Assembly (NCBI GenBank): GCA_021613535.1
Contig: CP075494.1
Location: forward strand, 6,138,001 to 6,202,000
Source: Adineta vaga
Taxonomy: Eukaryota > Animalia > Rotifera
Direction: 5' to 3'
Length of the DNA: 64,000 bases
Under the pieces are notes generated by a model, which was given only the letters and a program-made list of their open reading frames with translations, had not been told where the DNA came from and made no database searches. Each line of letters starts with the position of its first letter. Position 1 is the first letter of the stretch. The position numbers and the translations under genes were made by a program. This document shows positions 14,119 to 27,140 of this stretch, piece by piece.

Positions 14119-15907
14119 ATGGCAACACCAACGAGAGATTATAGATATTCGGTTGAATTTAATATTCATGCTGTCGATGCGCCCGGTACTCGTTTAATTA
14201 AACAAGGTGATATTTATGTGAATATATGTCTTTTGGGTATGCATAAACATGGCCGGTTAATGCCACCTTTCTTACCGATGCATATCGATCAAAAACTTTA
14301 TTTTGATAAAGTAAATTAAATGGAATAGAAATTTTTTTGAAGAGAAAACATCGAATATTTTCTTTAGGTTTTCAAATTTTGTTATGAACCGGATGATGTT
14401 ATTCAACGACTTGAACGTAAGATTAGTTGTTTTTTAGTCATGAGAAATTAGTAAATATTCTATTTATTGACTAAAATCTAGGTGAACATGTTCTAATTGA
14501 ATTAATTCAAAAGGATTTTCCGACACCAATTCTTTTGGCTAGTTACGAAGCAAGTGCCAAAGATTTTCTCTATCCATATTCATGGGATCGTCTCGAATAT
14601 ACGGGATTACGTCGTTATGTACTTCTTAATCGTACAATTGAATTTCCAGGTATTTCACCAAGTTTTGAATTTAGTACTAGTCCATCAATTGATGATGTAA
14701 CTGGTGTACCATCATCACCAACAAATTATCGTGGACAAACAAAAACTGTAAGAAATCATTTTTTTTCTTTCTTTGAAAGAAAAAGTATTCGATGTCTTTT
14801 GTAGATCAGACGATCAAAATCACCATCATTAAGACCATCATCGTCATTTTCGAATTAGTAAGTTATTTTATTTGAATAATGAGACTTTTTGAAAGGATTA
14901 CATAGTTCTCGATTTGATAATTCGGCTAATATGTCTCGGTCCATTACATCACATACGATATCATCAGCAATCAAAAATGATTATGGATTACCTGAAACAA
15001 AAGAAAAATTACGTGAATTAGCTGTCCATCGTGATATTAATCATGTTATGCCTCAAGATAAAACGAAAGGACGACCACCATTTGTTGTTCGTCATGTAAA
15101 GAAATTTTGTTTTTTCTTTATGGTTTTCTTAGAAAATAGTTGAATGATTTGTTTAGGTTAAGAATGATTTAATTGGTCGTAAACCAGATTCTCATACTGT
15201 ACTTACCGATAGTTTAGTTATTAATGATTATACAGTAGCTCGACCTGATACATCCATGTCATTACAATTATATGATAGTGGACTGAATCGTTCTCAATCT
15301 CTATCACCTGTTCTCGGTCGCAGTATGGCTACGATAGAAAGGCAATCTCGCTCTCCATCACCATCACCAACTCGTCGTTCGCCATCACCATCTCGTCGTT
15401 CACCATCGCCATCTCGTCGTTCACCATCACCTAGACGATATCAACCCATTGATTACGATGTCTATACAGATAATGCGGGTAAGTCATTTTTTTGCAAATG
15501 AAAATCAAATTCTTTCAAATTAATAGATTATTAGAAAAAAAATGAATCAAATCATATTCATTCGGTAAAATGCTATTAGATACCTATTGTAGTTCCCTAT
15601 TTCCCTAGTTCTTGTGATTTATTTTGATGTAGATATAATTTTTGCTAAACTATTCCTTAAATGTTTAGATTTGTACTCAAGTAGTCCACGTCGATCTATG
15701 AGTCCAACACTGCATCGTAATTCATTTCGTTATCGTTATCGTTATTCACCAGCGACTGATCTTAGTGATAAAGTTATTCATACTCTTCGTCGTAATCTTG
15801 ATCACTATGTAAGCAATTGCTTTCATTCAAATAGATGAAGAAGAATTTTCTTTTAGAGTTCTGAACCATGGCATCGTTATTATGCATCATATGATTATTT
15901 AGATTGA
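14119..15907 (+). CDS. Spermatogenesis-associated protein 6-like (SPATA6/SPATA6L family), multi-exon
   Basis: N-terminus VEFNIHAVDAPG...DIYVNICLLG...MPPFLPMHIDQKLYFDKVF...LIELIQ matches the SPATA6 domain. Also has RPPFVVRHV and an RS/SP-rich tail. TGA at 15905-15907. Confidence 0.8.
15349..15436 (+). repeat. Coding 21-nt tandem repeat (RRSPSPS)n
   Basis: About 3-4 units resembling tctcgtcgttcaccatcacca. Confidence 0.75.
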
Positions 15908-16568
15908 TCTTTAATGGACGATATACTCTAAAAAAAATATTATTTGATCATTTAGAACTGAATATATTTAGATTAGTTTACACGACTTTCAAATTCCATT
16001 CCTTCTTCCTCTTTCTCTCTCTCTTTCTCTTCTCTATGTTTTCCAATAACATTTTCTCCCTTCACCCAATTTTGCTTCGCATAAACACACAAAGAAAAAC
16101 AAAAAGAATCCATAGATTTTTATGCTTTCAAACAGTGAATTATATGTGTCTTGTAATGTGATGATTACTTTGAAGAAGAAAACGAGGTAAAAGAAATGAG
16201 TACATAATGTTTTTCTTAAGCTGGTTTTCTTCTCTATTCATAGCAAACATACTTATTCTTGAAATGTTTTGCTTTTGTTTCATCTGTATATGAATACACA
16301 AACTGACTATTTTTTTATTGATCTTATATAAACAAAATTCAACAATCGGTTGAAATTTAGTTGAATACTGTGATAATCTCTCTGTGTGAATTTTATCTTT
16401 TATTTGAAAGTATTTTTTAAATTGATTTGAATAAATTTTGTCTACTCATGGAATCGTTTGTTTTTTTCGTCGTAAGAAATGACAAATTTATAAAAATAAT
16501 GCTATCATCACTTGACATTGCATAGTTGCTTATGAAATTTTTATTAGTATGAAAAATCTTTCAACAAG

Positions 16569-17887
16569 CTAAATTTTTGGCACACGTTTTAAATTGAAAC
16601 CTAACCAAAGTGCAAATGATAGTAGAGCAAGTGAACCTGTTTGATGTGCAGCTGCCATAGGAATAGGTACATGATATAAAAGTGTACCAATACCTAATGA
16701 TGCTTGTAAAATAACCATGGCAGCAAGTAAATTTCGAGCTATTGCTGCACGACGACCGAATTTAATTGAAAGTGAAGCTAAGGAAAAAGCTAAAACAGAT
16801 GCAGTTGTTGTTAAACCAAGTACACGATGATTGAATTGAACAGCAACAGGATTTTCAAATAAATTTCGATACCATGGTGATAGCGCAGAATATTCTGGTG
16901 GTATCCAATGATCACCCATTTTGGGAAATGTGGGATAAACAAGGCCAGCATCTAAACCGGCAACAAATGCACCAGCAACAACAGTTACAAATATTAATGA
17001 TAATAAACTATGAACACCCATTCCCCAAGCACGTGGAACGCGCGTTGCTGAGTAAACATCTGGTTTACTTAGAAATCTTCAAAGAAAAAAAGACATATTT
17101 CAATGAATTCATTTGACCAAATAAGAATTCTTACTTAAATGAATTCCATAGAAGACCTGAATAGAGAATAAATGCTGTACCAAGATGTGCAGCTAATCTA
17201 TATGGTGAAACACTTGCACGTCCATCAATTAATGTATCTTTATGTAAACCGGATTTTACCATATACCAACCTAGAGCACCTTGTGCGGCAATTAATCCAC
17301 CAAAAACAAGTACACGTATTTTCATTGCTTTATCAAATAAACCACGATACCAAAAGATACATGCAGGAAAAGCAAATATTAATCCTGTAGCACGACCCCA
17401 CATCCGATGTGCAAATTCCATATAATAGATTTTTTTAAATTCAGCCAATGACATTTCACGATTCATTTGTTCGTATTCAGGAAAACGTTTATAACGTTCA
17501 AATTCAGCTTGCCATGCTTCATCCGTACGTGGTGGATTCATATCATTGAGCCAATGCCAATTGGTCATTGATAAACCACTTTGAGTTAAACGTGTTAAAC
17601 CACCAAGGACAACAGCACCTGCCGTCATCCCCGCTGACCAAGCAAGCCATAGACCTATACGTTGTTTTGCACCAGCTGAAAGTGGTTCTAGAAAGAAAGA
17701 AAGAAAATTATGACTATGATTCGATTTCAAATAAGAAGAAATGAATCAGTTTACGTAATGGTATTCTAACAGATGTTGTTGGCACTGTTGCTGATGATCG
17801 TTTGAATGCCAGTTGAACATTTTTTAAAAGTCCAAATGATCGGTTACGATGATTCGTTGCGAGATTAAATAATAATCTAGATGACAT
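16569..17887 (-). CDS. COX15: Heme A synthase COX15, mitochondrial
   Basis: Motifs LGGLTRLTQSGLSM, EFAHRMWGR, LGWYMVKSGL, YRLAAHLG, GAFVAGLDAG and QFNHR. An Arg/Ser-rich presequence starts at ATG 17887. Confidence 0.95.
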
Positions 17888-18569
17888 AACTTTCTAAATT
17901 TTGATAAAAATATAATTTGATAAAAAAGTAAAATTCTAGATAAATAAGAATTATTCATGATGCGTTTTTCACTTAAAATTCCATAGAAATACTGATCAAT
18001 TTCCTCATTCTACTAGAAATTGTTTGAAGTCCAAATGATTATGACATCGGTGGTAATTATTGGATTCACGCATGATTACGACATCTATTCTAGCTCTTTC
18101 ATTTCTTCGTATACATTGATATAAAGATACATATATATATATACCTATAACATATTACGTCAAGATATTTAAATTGACTTGACAAACTTAAATCAAATGT
18201 TTAGTTCGCGTCATCACTGAATTATTTGTTCTACTCATCGATATTAACAGATGATAATTTGAATGATGATGTACGAATAATAAAATAAGCCCTTTTTAAT
18301 CAAATACGAACTCCAGAACCATTCAATGATATTGATGCACAATTAAAATCAACATAAAAACCTAATTATTTCAGTTTCATCAATAGATCCAACCAGATCA
18401 GAAATGTAGCTATATCCTCTACATCAAGTATTGAGTAGATAGACTAATTAATACAAATACACTTTTGTTTTATTGAATTCTTGAGAAACAAAACAAAAAG
18501 TTATTTTTTAACGTTACATCACGTATTTATAAGATTTACGTATAATTAACAATTTTTCTTTCAGTCTAG

Positions 18570-20787
18570 TTACCATTCCGCAACTGCAATGCTCTTTAAG
18601 TCAGGATACGTAACCACAGATGCAGATCGAATGACTTCTAGTTTTCTTCTATTTCGCTTTGAAGCACATTCAAATAATTTAAAATCTGCTAGATCAAGTG
18701 AATTCCAACGAGTATCAATGCTGCAGATTGCCTATGTGAACAAAAAAACAGAATCTATTTGAATACATATGCCAAGAAGAAATTTTTGACCTTTTCTCTT
18801 TGTATCGCATTAAGTAAGTATCGAGCACCTTTAGAACAGATTCTATTCCAGGCAAGATCGAGTAGAACCAACGTCTACGAGAATAATATATATAAATACG
18901 ATTGCAATTGCAGTTAAACGAAAAAACTTGAAGTCTTACAGAATTGCGTGTTAAACCTTCGCTTAAATATCGTGCACCTTTAACTTCAATTGTATTCCAA
19001 CTGAGATCTAAATAAATCAGTCCCTACATCAAATCAAAATCATTGACAGTTGATGTTATAATGTATTTTGAAGAACTATCATACGGTATTTTGTTCAAGT
19101 ACGAATCCCAAAATCTTTGCTCCTTTGTCGCCGATATCATTTTCTGACAGATTACATTTTCTCAGAGTCTATTATAAATAGTATTCAAAGAATTATGAAA
19201 TGAAAAAACAAAAGCATTCGTACTTTGTTCAGTACAAGACCTTTCGTGAGATGAAGTATTCCTTCGTCTCCCAGTTTATTCTCTGCAAGATTCAATGTAG
19301 TAAGTGTCTAAATGGGAAATTATTTGAATAGTTTAAAGAGATTAAAATGATAGTTTTCAAACCTGACTTGTTTCTATCACTGAACTTAACGGAGATACTC
19401 CACCACTTCCAATAATATTTCCTGAGAGATTCAATTCAATAAGTGTCTACGATTAAGAACAAAAATCTATTAGAATCAAACGAAAATAATACTCTGATTA
19501 CCTGATTAAACTTCAATCCTATGCATAAATCTTCTAATTCTGCAGATCCAATGTTATTGTAAGAAAGATCAAGTGTTTTCAGTGCCTAAAATAGAGACAG
19601 TAAACATCATATATAAAACAGTTAAGAGTAGAATTCATTTTCCTTACTTTATTCGATTCTAATCCCATGGCTATGTAAGATATTCCTGTAGAATCTATAT
19701 TGTTGTGAGAGAGATTCAATACATTTAATCTCTATTACAATAATTAAATGTTTGAGGTAAAAACAAAAATTCAAAATGATCGTTTTCTTACCGTATTATG
19801 CAAAAGCATCTCTCCTAAATATATTCCACCTTCTTCTCCAACTTCACTCTTACTAAGATTCAGAGACTCCAGTGTCTAAATAAAATTTTCAATCAAAATC
19901 CATGTATTCTACTTTTTTTTACACCTTATTATGCTCTAAAACATTGGCTAAATACGATATCCCATCTGATCCAATTTGAGTATTAGCCAAATTGAGTGTC
20001 GTCAATGTCTATATATATATATATATTCAAAAAGTAAACGTCCTATAACATAGATTTGAACAATATAATTATTACCGAATTGTAAGCAAATATCGAATTG
20101 AGACATTGAATTCCTGACAAACCAATTTCATTATACGATAGATCCAATGAACTGATTTTCTATATGAAACAAATAATCATTTTTTTTCAAAATCTAATCG
20201 GCAAGAACTATTTACCTTTTTATGATTTGAAAAAAATTCACTAAAATAGTTCATGTCCGATTGAGTTAAATTTAACGAGTGGAAATCTAGTCCTTCTCCA
20301 TCTTTATGTCTTCTAAGAGCTTCTTTCATGTCAACATTAATTTCAAAAGATGATATGGATTCTGAACTTGAGTTATTCGCTTCTAAACAACGATAATTAC
20401 AGAAAGATGTAACATTAAAATATCATTCAATGGCTTTATAAATAGATATGATTGAAAATGTCATTGAAACTTACTGAAAATATCAGAATTGTTCTGCATA
20501 TTTTGACTTGTAAAAATAGTTAATAAAGCAGCTGCATTTTGCAAAAACAGAGTCATTTCTTTTGGAAATGGATAAGATAAAGAATTAGTTGAATAACGAC
20601 TATTTGTCAATTGTTTAACTGGTTCAGGTTTTGCGAAATGTTTTAAACATAGATCATTCATTCGTGCTGGTTCTTTACATTTATACACAGAACAGAATTC
20701 GATCGATTCTTTCGATTTGTCTTTATCTTTGAGTGGAATATTACTTGATTGCAATCGTTTATATTTGATTTTCGATAATGAAGACAT
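18570..20787 (-). CDS. Zinc-finger (C-x4-C-x9-C-x2-H) + ribonuclease-inhibitor/NLRC3-type LRR protein, paralog A (13 coding exons, ten of 84 nt)
   Basis: Mostly missed by the ORF track. Exons such as 20160-20077 (KISSLDLSYNEIG...) and 19307-19224 (TLTTLNLAENKLGDEG...) each encode one 28-aa LRR between GT-AG introns. TAA at 18572-18570. Confidence 0.85.
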
Positions 20788-21502
20788 GTTCAATCTGAAA
20801 AATAAACAAAACAAAAGGATCATCTGATTTCTTATGATATATCTAGTAAATCCATGTTGTGATCAACTCTGAACTATCACCAAAACTACATTGAAGATTT
20901 TCATTGATATAAATAACAAAGAAATTCCATATGTTAAGATTAAATGTTAAACAAAACACGCTCGCTGTTGGTATCATCGACTAACTTTTGATTATAAGTA
21001 CATTTACTATTTATCGTTAATAACCTTCATGTTTATGTATGGGCAAGTATTGTCCTATCGATGTATGAATGTATATTCTTTTGCTTGGTTAAAATATATT
21101 GCGATGTAACAATAAACGTGATGAAAGAGGAATGTAAACTATACCTTTTTCGTTGTGTGTGTACAGTATGTCTCGTGAGAACACATTTATATTCAAACTG
21201 AGAAATTGTCGGAAGAAAGGATTTGATTAGTGTAGTTTACACGAGATATCAATACGTCTTGATAGGTAGAACTAGTATAGTACTATAGAATACTATGAAG
21301 ATAAGTCTCGAATGAAACAGATGTATAGGAGTAAGAAAACTGGTCACTAATATTGATAGCATTGTGTTTTAAAGATAATGATGTTGGAATAATTGTTCGT
21401 GAGATAGAATTTCAATCGTCAGACAAAGAGAATGTTACTTCCAGTTAATTTATTTCTAGTATGCAAATTTAAAATATAACACATATTTCTTTAACTAAGT
21501 TA

Positions 21503-23632
21503 CTAGTCCATAAATCGATCATCGTCGTAATTCAAATGAATACACGGAGCAGAAGATAGTCCTATTTCATAGATTAAATGTATCTTAAATTTGAGTCGTT
21601 GAAATTTAAGCCACTCTGAGAGTGCAATCTGATCTATTCCATTCCAACGAACATCCACTTTCTGCAATGCCTATATGAGAAAAGAAAAAGCATTTCTTGT
21701 AACATACTGAAAATAATCGTTTTCCCACCTTATTCTTTTCCATTCCATGAATCAAATGTATAGCTCCTACATTTCCAATTTTATTCCAAGATAGATCAAG
21801 TAGTATTAATGTCTAGCAAAATAATACATATGAGAATAGAATAATTATCAAATTAAAAAATACATTCTCTTTACCGAATTTAATTCCAATGCGTCACATA
21901 AGTATTGTGTTCCAGTGGCTTCAATATTATTCCAACTCAGATCCAAATGGATGAGTGTCTAGATACATCGAACGAGAAATGATTATTCGTTCAGTCTCAG
22001 ACATCGAAATACTTTATTTGTTTTCAGTGCAGTTGCAAGACTCTGTGTTCCTTCGTCTCCGAGTTTATTCTCAGCAAGATTGAGAATAGTAAGTGTCTAG
22101 ATGTAAAACGGAATTCAAATGCGAATCAAACTGATAGAGCACCTTACAAACCTTATTCAATTGCAACATCGATATGAGATGTTGCGCTCCATCAGATCCT
22201 ATCCTATTTCCCGAGAGATTGAGATGAGTGAGTGTCTATGATTGAGAATATAACTCTATGTAGATTTTCATCGAAAAAAATACTCGTGTTACTTGATTGT
22301 ATATGAGAGCTATGGAAAGCCTTTTTATTCCTGACGGTCCAATATTATTGAAAGACAGATCAAGTGTTTTTAATGCCTGAGATGAAAAGATAAACATAGA
22401 ATTCGAAGTAGTAATGACTATACTTTTATTACCGTATTCTTTTGTATACCTATTGCTAGTCGAGATGTTCCGTAATCAGCGAGATTATTGTGAGCGAGAT
22501 TAATGACAGTTAGTGTCTATAGATAAGAAACAAATATTCATTATATTCAATAATATCAAAAAGATATTTTCATTGTACCTTGTTGTGTTGTAGTGTTTGA
22601 CCTAGATATTGTCCTGTATATAGAGAGAGTTTATTTCTTGTCATATTAAGTTGTTTAAGTGTCTATGGAAAACGTTCAATAGTGATTATTATGATTCAAT
22701 CAAAGAAATACTATCTCTACCATATTTGTTTTTAAAGAATAGATTAAATCAAATAATGCCTCATTTCCAAGATCATTCGACGAGATGTTAAGTATAGTAA
22801 GTGTCTGTATCAGATGAAAATTGAAAAGTTGATGTTATTCAATGTTCATTGAAGACCGAGAACATGATAACAAATATTTTTTTGAATGTGCAATAAACTA
22901 CAAAGATACAATCGACGGCGAGTCATCTAACTACTAATAATCAAAATTATTTAGAAAAAAATCACATAACGAATAATAGAGATTAATACATATTATGGCG
23001 CATCTAGCTGACTGCATATATTATAAACTATTCAGTAAACAGTTATCTTACTCTTGTATTGTTTGCTAAACAACAGGACAGAGTTTCTAGATCTTTTTCA
23101 TTCAAATCTTTTGAATGTAGATCTAATTCTTCTTCTTCTTCTTCTTCTTCTTCTTCATGGTATTTAGTAGTTTCTTTCATGCTCCAATTCCGTTGATTCG
23201 ATAATACTGATGTTGCATTATAAAAATTTATGTCTAAACAGTAAAGTAATCATAACAAAAGCTGTCCGATATGGTTAAGAATTATTGAAAATCATAGTTA
23301 CCATACTCTTCCAGAATGCTCTGCACATTTTGACCCATCAAATAAGAAAACAGAAAAGCAGTACTTTCAAAAAAGCTGCCTATGTCTTGTGACAGAGGAT
23401 ATGGTGATGAATTGTTTGAAATCTTGTTACTTTTTATTGATGAATATGATTGTCTATGTTTTGTATAATGTTCATAACATAAACCATTTTTCCACATTGA
23501 ATCTCTACATTTAGAAACAGAACATGATGCCAATGGTTTCTTTCGATAACCAGAAGTTTTTCTAGTATCTAGTGGTGCACTATGTGCCTGTAATCGTTTA
23601 TATTTTCTTCTCGATGAGAATGATGAAGACAT
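21503..23632 (-). CDS. Zinc-finger + LRR protein, paralog B (11 coding exons, eight of 84 nt)
   Basis: Exon 1 contains CSVSKCRDSMWKNGLCYEH and exon 2 contains poly-Glu. The 84-nt LRR exons run from 22805 to 21729. TAG at 21505-21503. Confidence 0.85.
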
Positions 23633-24325
23633 CTTCAATCTGAAACTAAAAAATCAAAGTAATCATCTTATTTTCTATGTTTTACAAAACTCAAAATTTA
23701 ATTCTTGTCGATCGCCTGAGTGAATACTGAACGTATCGATTGATATACCAATTGTCTCATGTTTGCATCAACTACTAACTTTCGATTATAAGTGCATATG
23801 TTATTTATTATCAATAACCTTCAGACTTGTGTATGGATATGTACTAGTCTGTCGATATTTGAATGCATATTCTTTTGTTCGGTTAACGCATATTGCGATG
23901 TAACGATAAACATGATTAGAAAAGAATGTAAACAATACCTTTTTTCTTCCCGTATAAAAATATTTGCGTTCTATTCTATAAATGATGAGTCAACTGTAGT
24001 TTTAGCAAGAGAAGATTGAATTTCCTCTTGTGATCGTAAAACATTTACATAACCAAAATAAATTCTAGGAGGCTTTTTTTTATAACACTACTATTTCTAA
24101 CATACAACAGAGCTCACATAGTAATAAACGATATTTAAAACAGAATATTTTCAATTGTTGGTATAGTTTATTGAAAAGAAAATCTTTACCACTAAATATA
24201 TAATACACACACGCATACACTGTTAAACAAAATTATACACTGAATGTAAATAAGTTCTAATCTCACTCAATCCTTCTTCTCTTGGCCAAAAAAACATCAC
24301 CGGATATGAACTTTAAAGTCACTTG

Positions 24326-27140
24326 TCATACAGCAGCACATTTTGAATAATGATTTGCATAGATCGATGGTGATTCATCATAGAGACTATCCGAAACAAC
24401 TAAAATATTCAATAAACAATTCACTAAATCAGTCAATTCAAATTCTATTACTTAAATTTTTTCTTGCTTCCATTCGACAATTGTATGCTTGATTATTTTC
24501 TTTATTTTTCAAATAATCTTTGATAAATAAATTCCAAATAATACATAGAATAATCATGAATAAAAATAAAACAACCGATACCATAATAATAATCGAACCG
24601 AGATAGAAATTTCGTCGTAATTTATTCGATGGACATTCATTTTGTGCAAATATATCGCATACATATACAATGATATTCTGTTTCGATTCTAATGCTTTCG
24701 GATAACCATAATCACGTGCATAGATTTCCAAACGTATTGGTAAACGAATATTAAATAGATTATATAATACAACTGAACCATTATGATAGATATGAAAATA
24801 ATTATAATGATCTTTATTTGTAAAATAATAGTTTACAAGACCATTATCATTATGATCAAGATCTGTTGCATGAATATGTGTAATAAATATGTGATTATAT
24901 TGATGATAATATTGATGTGTAGAAATGTAGATATATTGTTCGTAAGAATCATCGAAAATTGGATAGTGATCATTTCGATCGAGAATATTCACATGAATTT
25001 CTGTTTGAATTGTTGAATTCAATAATTTTATATAAAATTTATAGAATGATTGTATTTCTCGATCTAATCCATGAATTACTTTGATAATACCGGAATGAGA
25101 ATTAAGACGAAATGGAAATATTGATGAAGAATTTTCTTTAAATAAAGAATATGAAATTGATGTTGGTGATAAATCACAATTATTAACATGAATTTGACCT
25201 TGAAAGTAGAAAAGAGAAGGAACATGACAATATAAATTAAATTTGTTCAAATAACTTTACCAAGTTGATAAGGTATTCTTTGATGTTCTGTTGTATTAAA
25301 TACATAAATTGTTTGAGTAAACATAATTGAACAATTCATTTTCGTCGACAAGAGAATTTGAATATTTGCTTGATCAAATAATGAATGATTCGATTGATCA
25401 ATTGCAAAGACAGTTACATTTAGATTCATACCAGTCGATGGTTGTTTAACTAGAAATAAACTTCCATTATTTGGATCAATTCGAACGATATTTTCATGAG
25501 TATATTCTAAAAGTTTATATTGAATACGACGATGATTAGGTAGAGAATCGGCATCATTTGCTTGTACTTGACCAATAAATGATGAATTAGATAATTGAAA
25601 TTGATAACTTGAATAAGTAAATTTCGGTGCACAATCATTTTCATCAGTAACATAAACCATTAAACGTCGTTGACTACTCAAAGATGGATTACCATAATCT
25701 CCTATGAAAAAAAAAATACTTTTTCAAGTTTTCATAGTTTAGAAACTTACGTGCTTCAAGAATAATTATAAATTCTCTATCACCATGTTCTCTATTCAAT
25801 TGTCTTGCAGTTTTTATAACATACGTTGTTGAACTTAATGTATTATTTTCCATGCCAGAATCTAATTCAATTGGACAGGCAATTGTTAATGGTAAACAAG
25901 AAACGATTTTTAATGATAAATGATAATTAATCATAGCAGAATCAAGATCACGTATTAAAATATTTCCAATAACTTGTCCTAAACGAATATTTTCACTGAT
26001 ATTAATCGAAAAATGATCTTCGTTTTCTTCTAATTTATATACATTTAAAATATTCATTTGTATCATTGGTTTATTATCATTTATATCTGATATATCGATT
26101 ATAACTGGTACAATGCTTGAAGTTATTCCATCAAGATTCGCTGCTTTAACACGAAAACGATACGTTGATATCGTTTCGTAATCCAAAGAATGTTTCATTC
26201 GAATTAAACCACTATGATTATTAATTTCAAATGGAAACATATCTTTTGGTATATCAGTATTTAGAATCGTATAAAGAATTGTTTGATCATAACAATCATC
26301 ATCAATTGCACTTATCTGAAGAATTGATGAAGATGTATTTCTATTGAAAAGATTTTCCGGTATATTCGCATGATAAAGCTGTTGAGTAAAACGTGGTTGG
26401 TATTCATTTAAGTCTCCAACAGTGATATTTACATGTCTAAAAGAACGTTTTATAAGATAGAATTTGCTCGTTACTAGAACTTACAAAATATTCGATCTGT
26501 AACCACTTTTATCAATTGCAATGATATATAATTGATAATTATTTTTCATTTCACAATCTAATATTCGAAGTAATTTCAATCGAAGTTCATCTTGAGATTG
26601 TTCTAATTGAAAGATTCGTTGAATTTCTTCGATATTATGATTAAGAAATTCATAATGATCAATATTATATTGAATTGAATCATAATCATATGCAATCGGT
26701 AATTGTACACGATGATTTCTTGGGAGATTCTCTCGAATTATTAGTGAAATATAATCTTGAGAAAAGAATGGTTTCCAATCATTTTCATCTAAGATAATTA
26801 ATTTAAAGATAAGTAAGAATGATGTTTGAGTAAAGATTTGTAATTGTAATGAGCATTCATCATTGACATTTCTATTTTCACAAATTTGTTCGCGATCAAA
26901 TTCTATGGAACGAAATTTTAATGTTGGAGAATGAATTTCAAAATATTTCGATGGATTTGATAAAGAAAATTGTAAATATTGATATAATGATGTTCGATTT
27001 GAAAGTAAATTTGTTAAATTCCATTGTAAATTTTCATGTGGCGTATTTTCCATAACACTTAACGTTACATTGCATATCTCTTCGCAATCGTAAGCGAAAA
27101 TAATTGGAAGAAGAAGTACATGAAGATATATGCGAATCAT
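24326..27140 (-). CDS. Protocadherin-like single-pass membrane protein
   Basis: Signal peptide MIRIYLHVLLLPIIFA. Cadherin motifs FDREQIC, ILDENDWKPFF, LDYET, DINDNKP, DENDCAPKF, LDRE and DRNDHYPIF. TM segment LGSIIIMVSVVLFLFMIILCIIW and a short tail ending KCAAV. Confidence 0.88.

Noticed and set aside
18200-18380. Coding-looking stretch between COX15 and LRR gene A
   Set aside because: The frames examined on both strands contain stops and no recognisable motif, so a pseudogene call is unsupported.
18570-22805. Regular ~140-bp periodicity resembling a CRISPR or satellite array
   Set aside because: It is explained by 84-nt LRR exons alternating with ~55-nt introns. There are no identical direct repeats and no cas genes.
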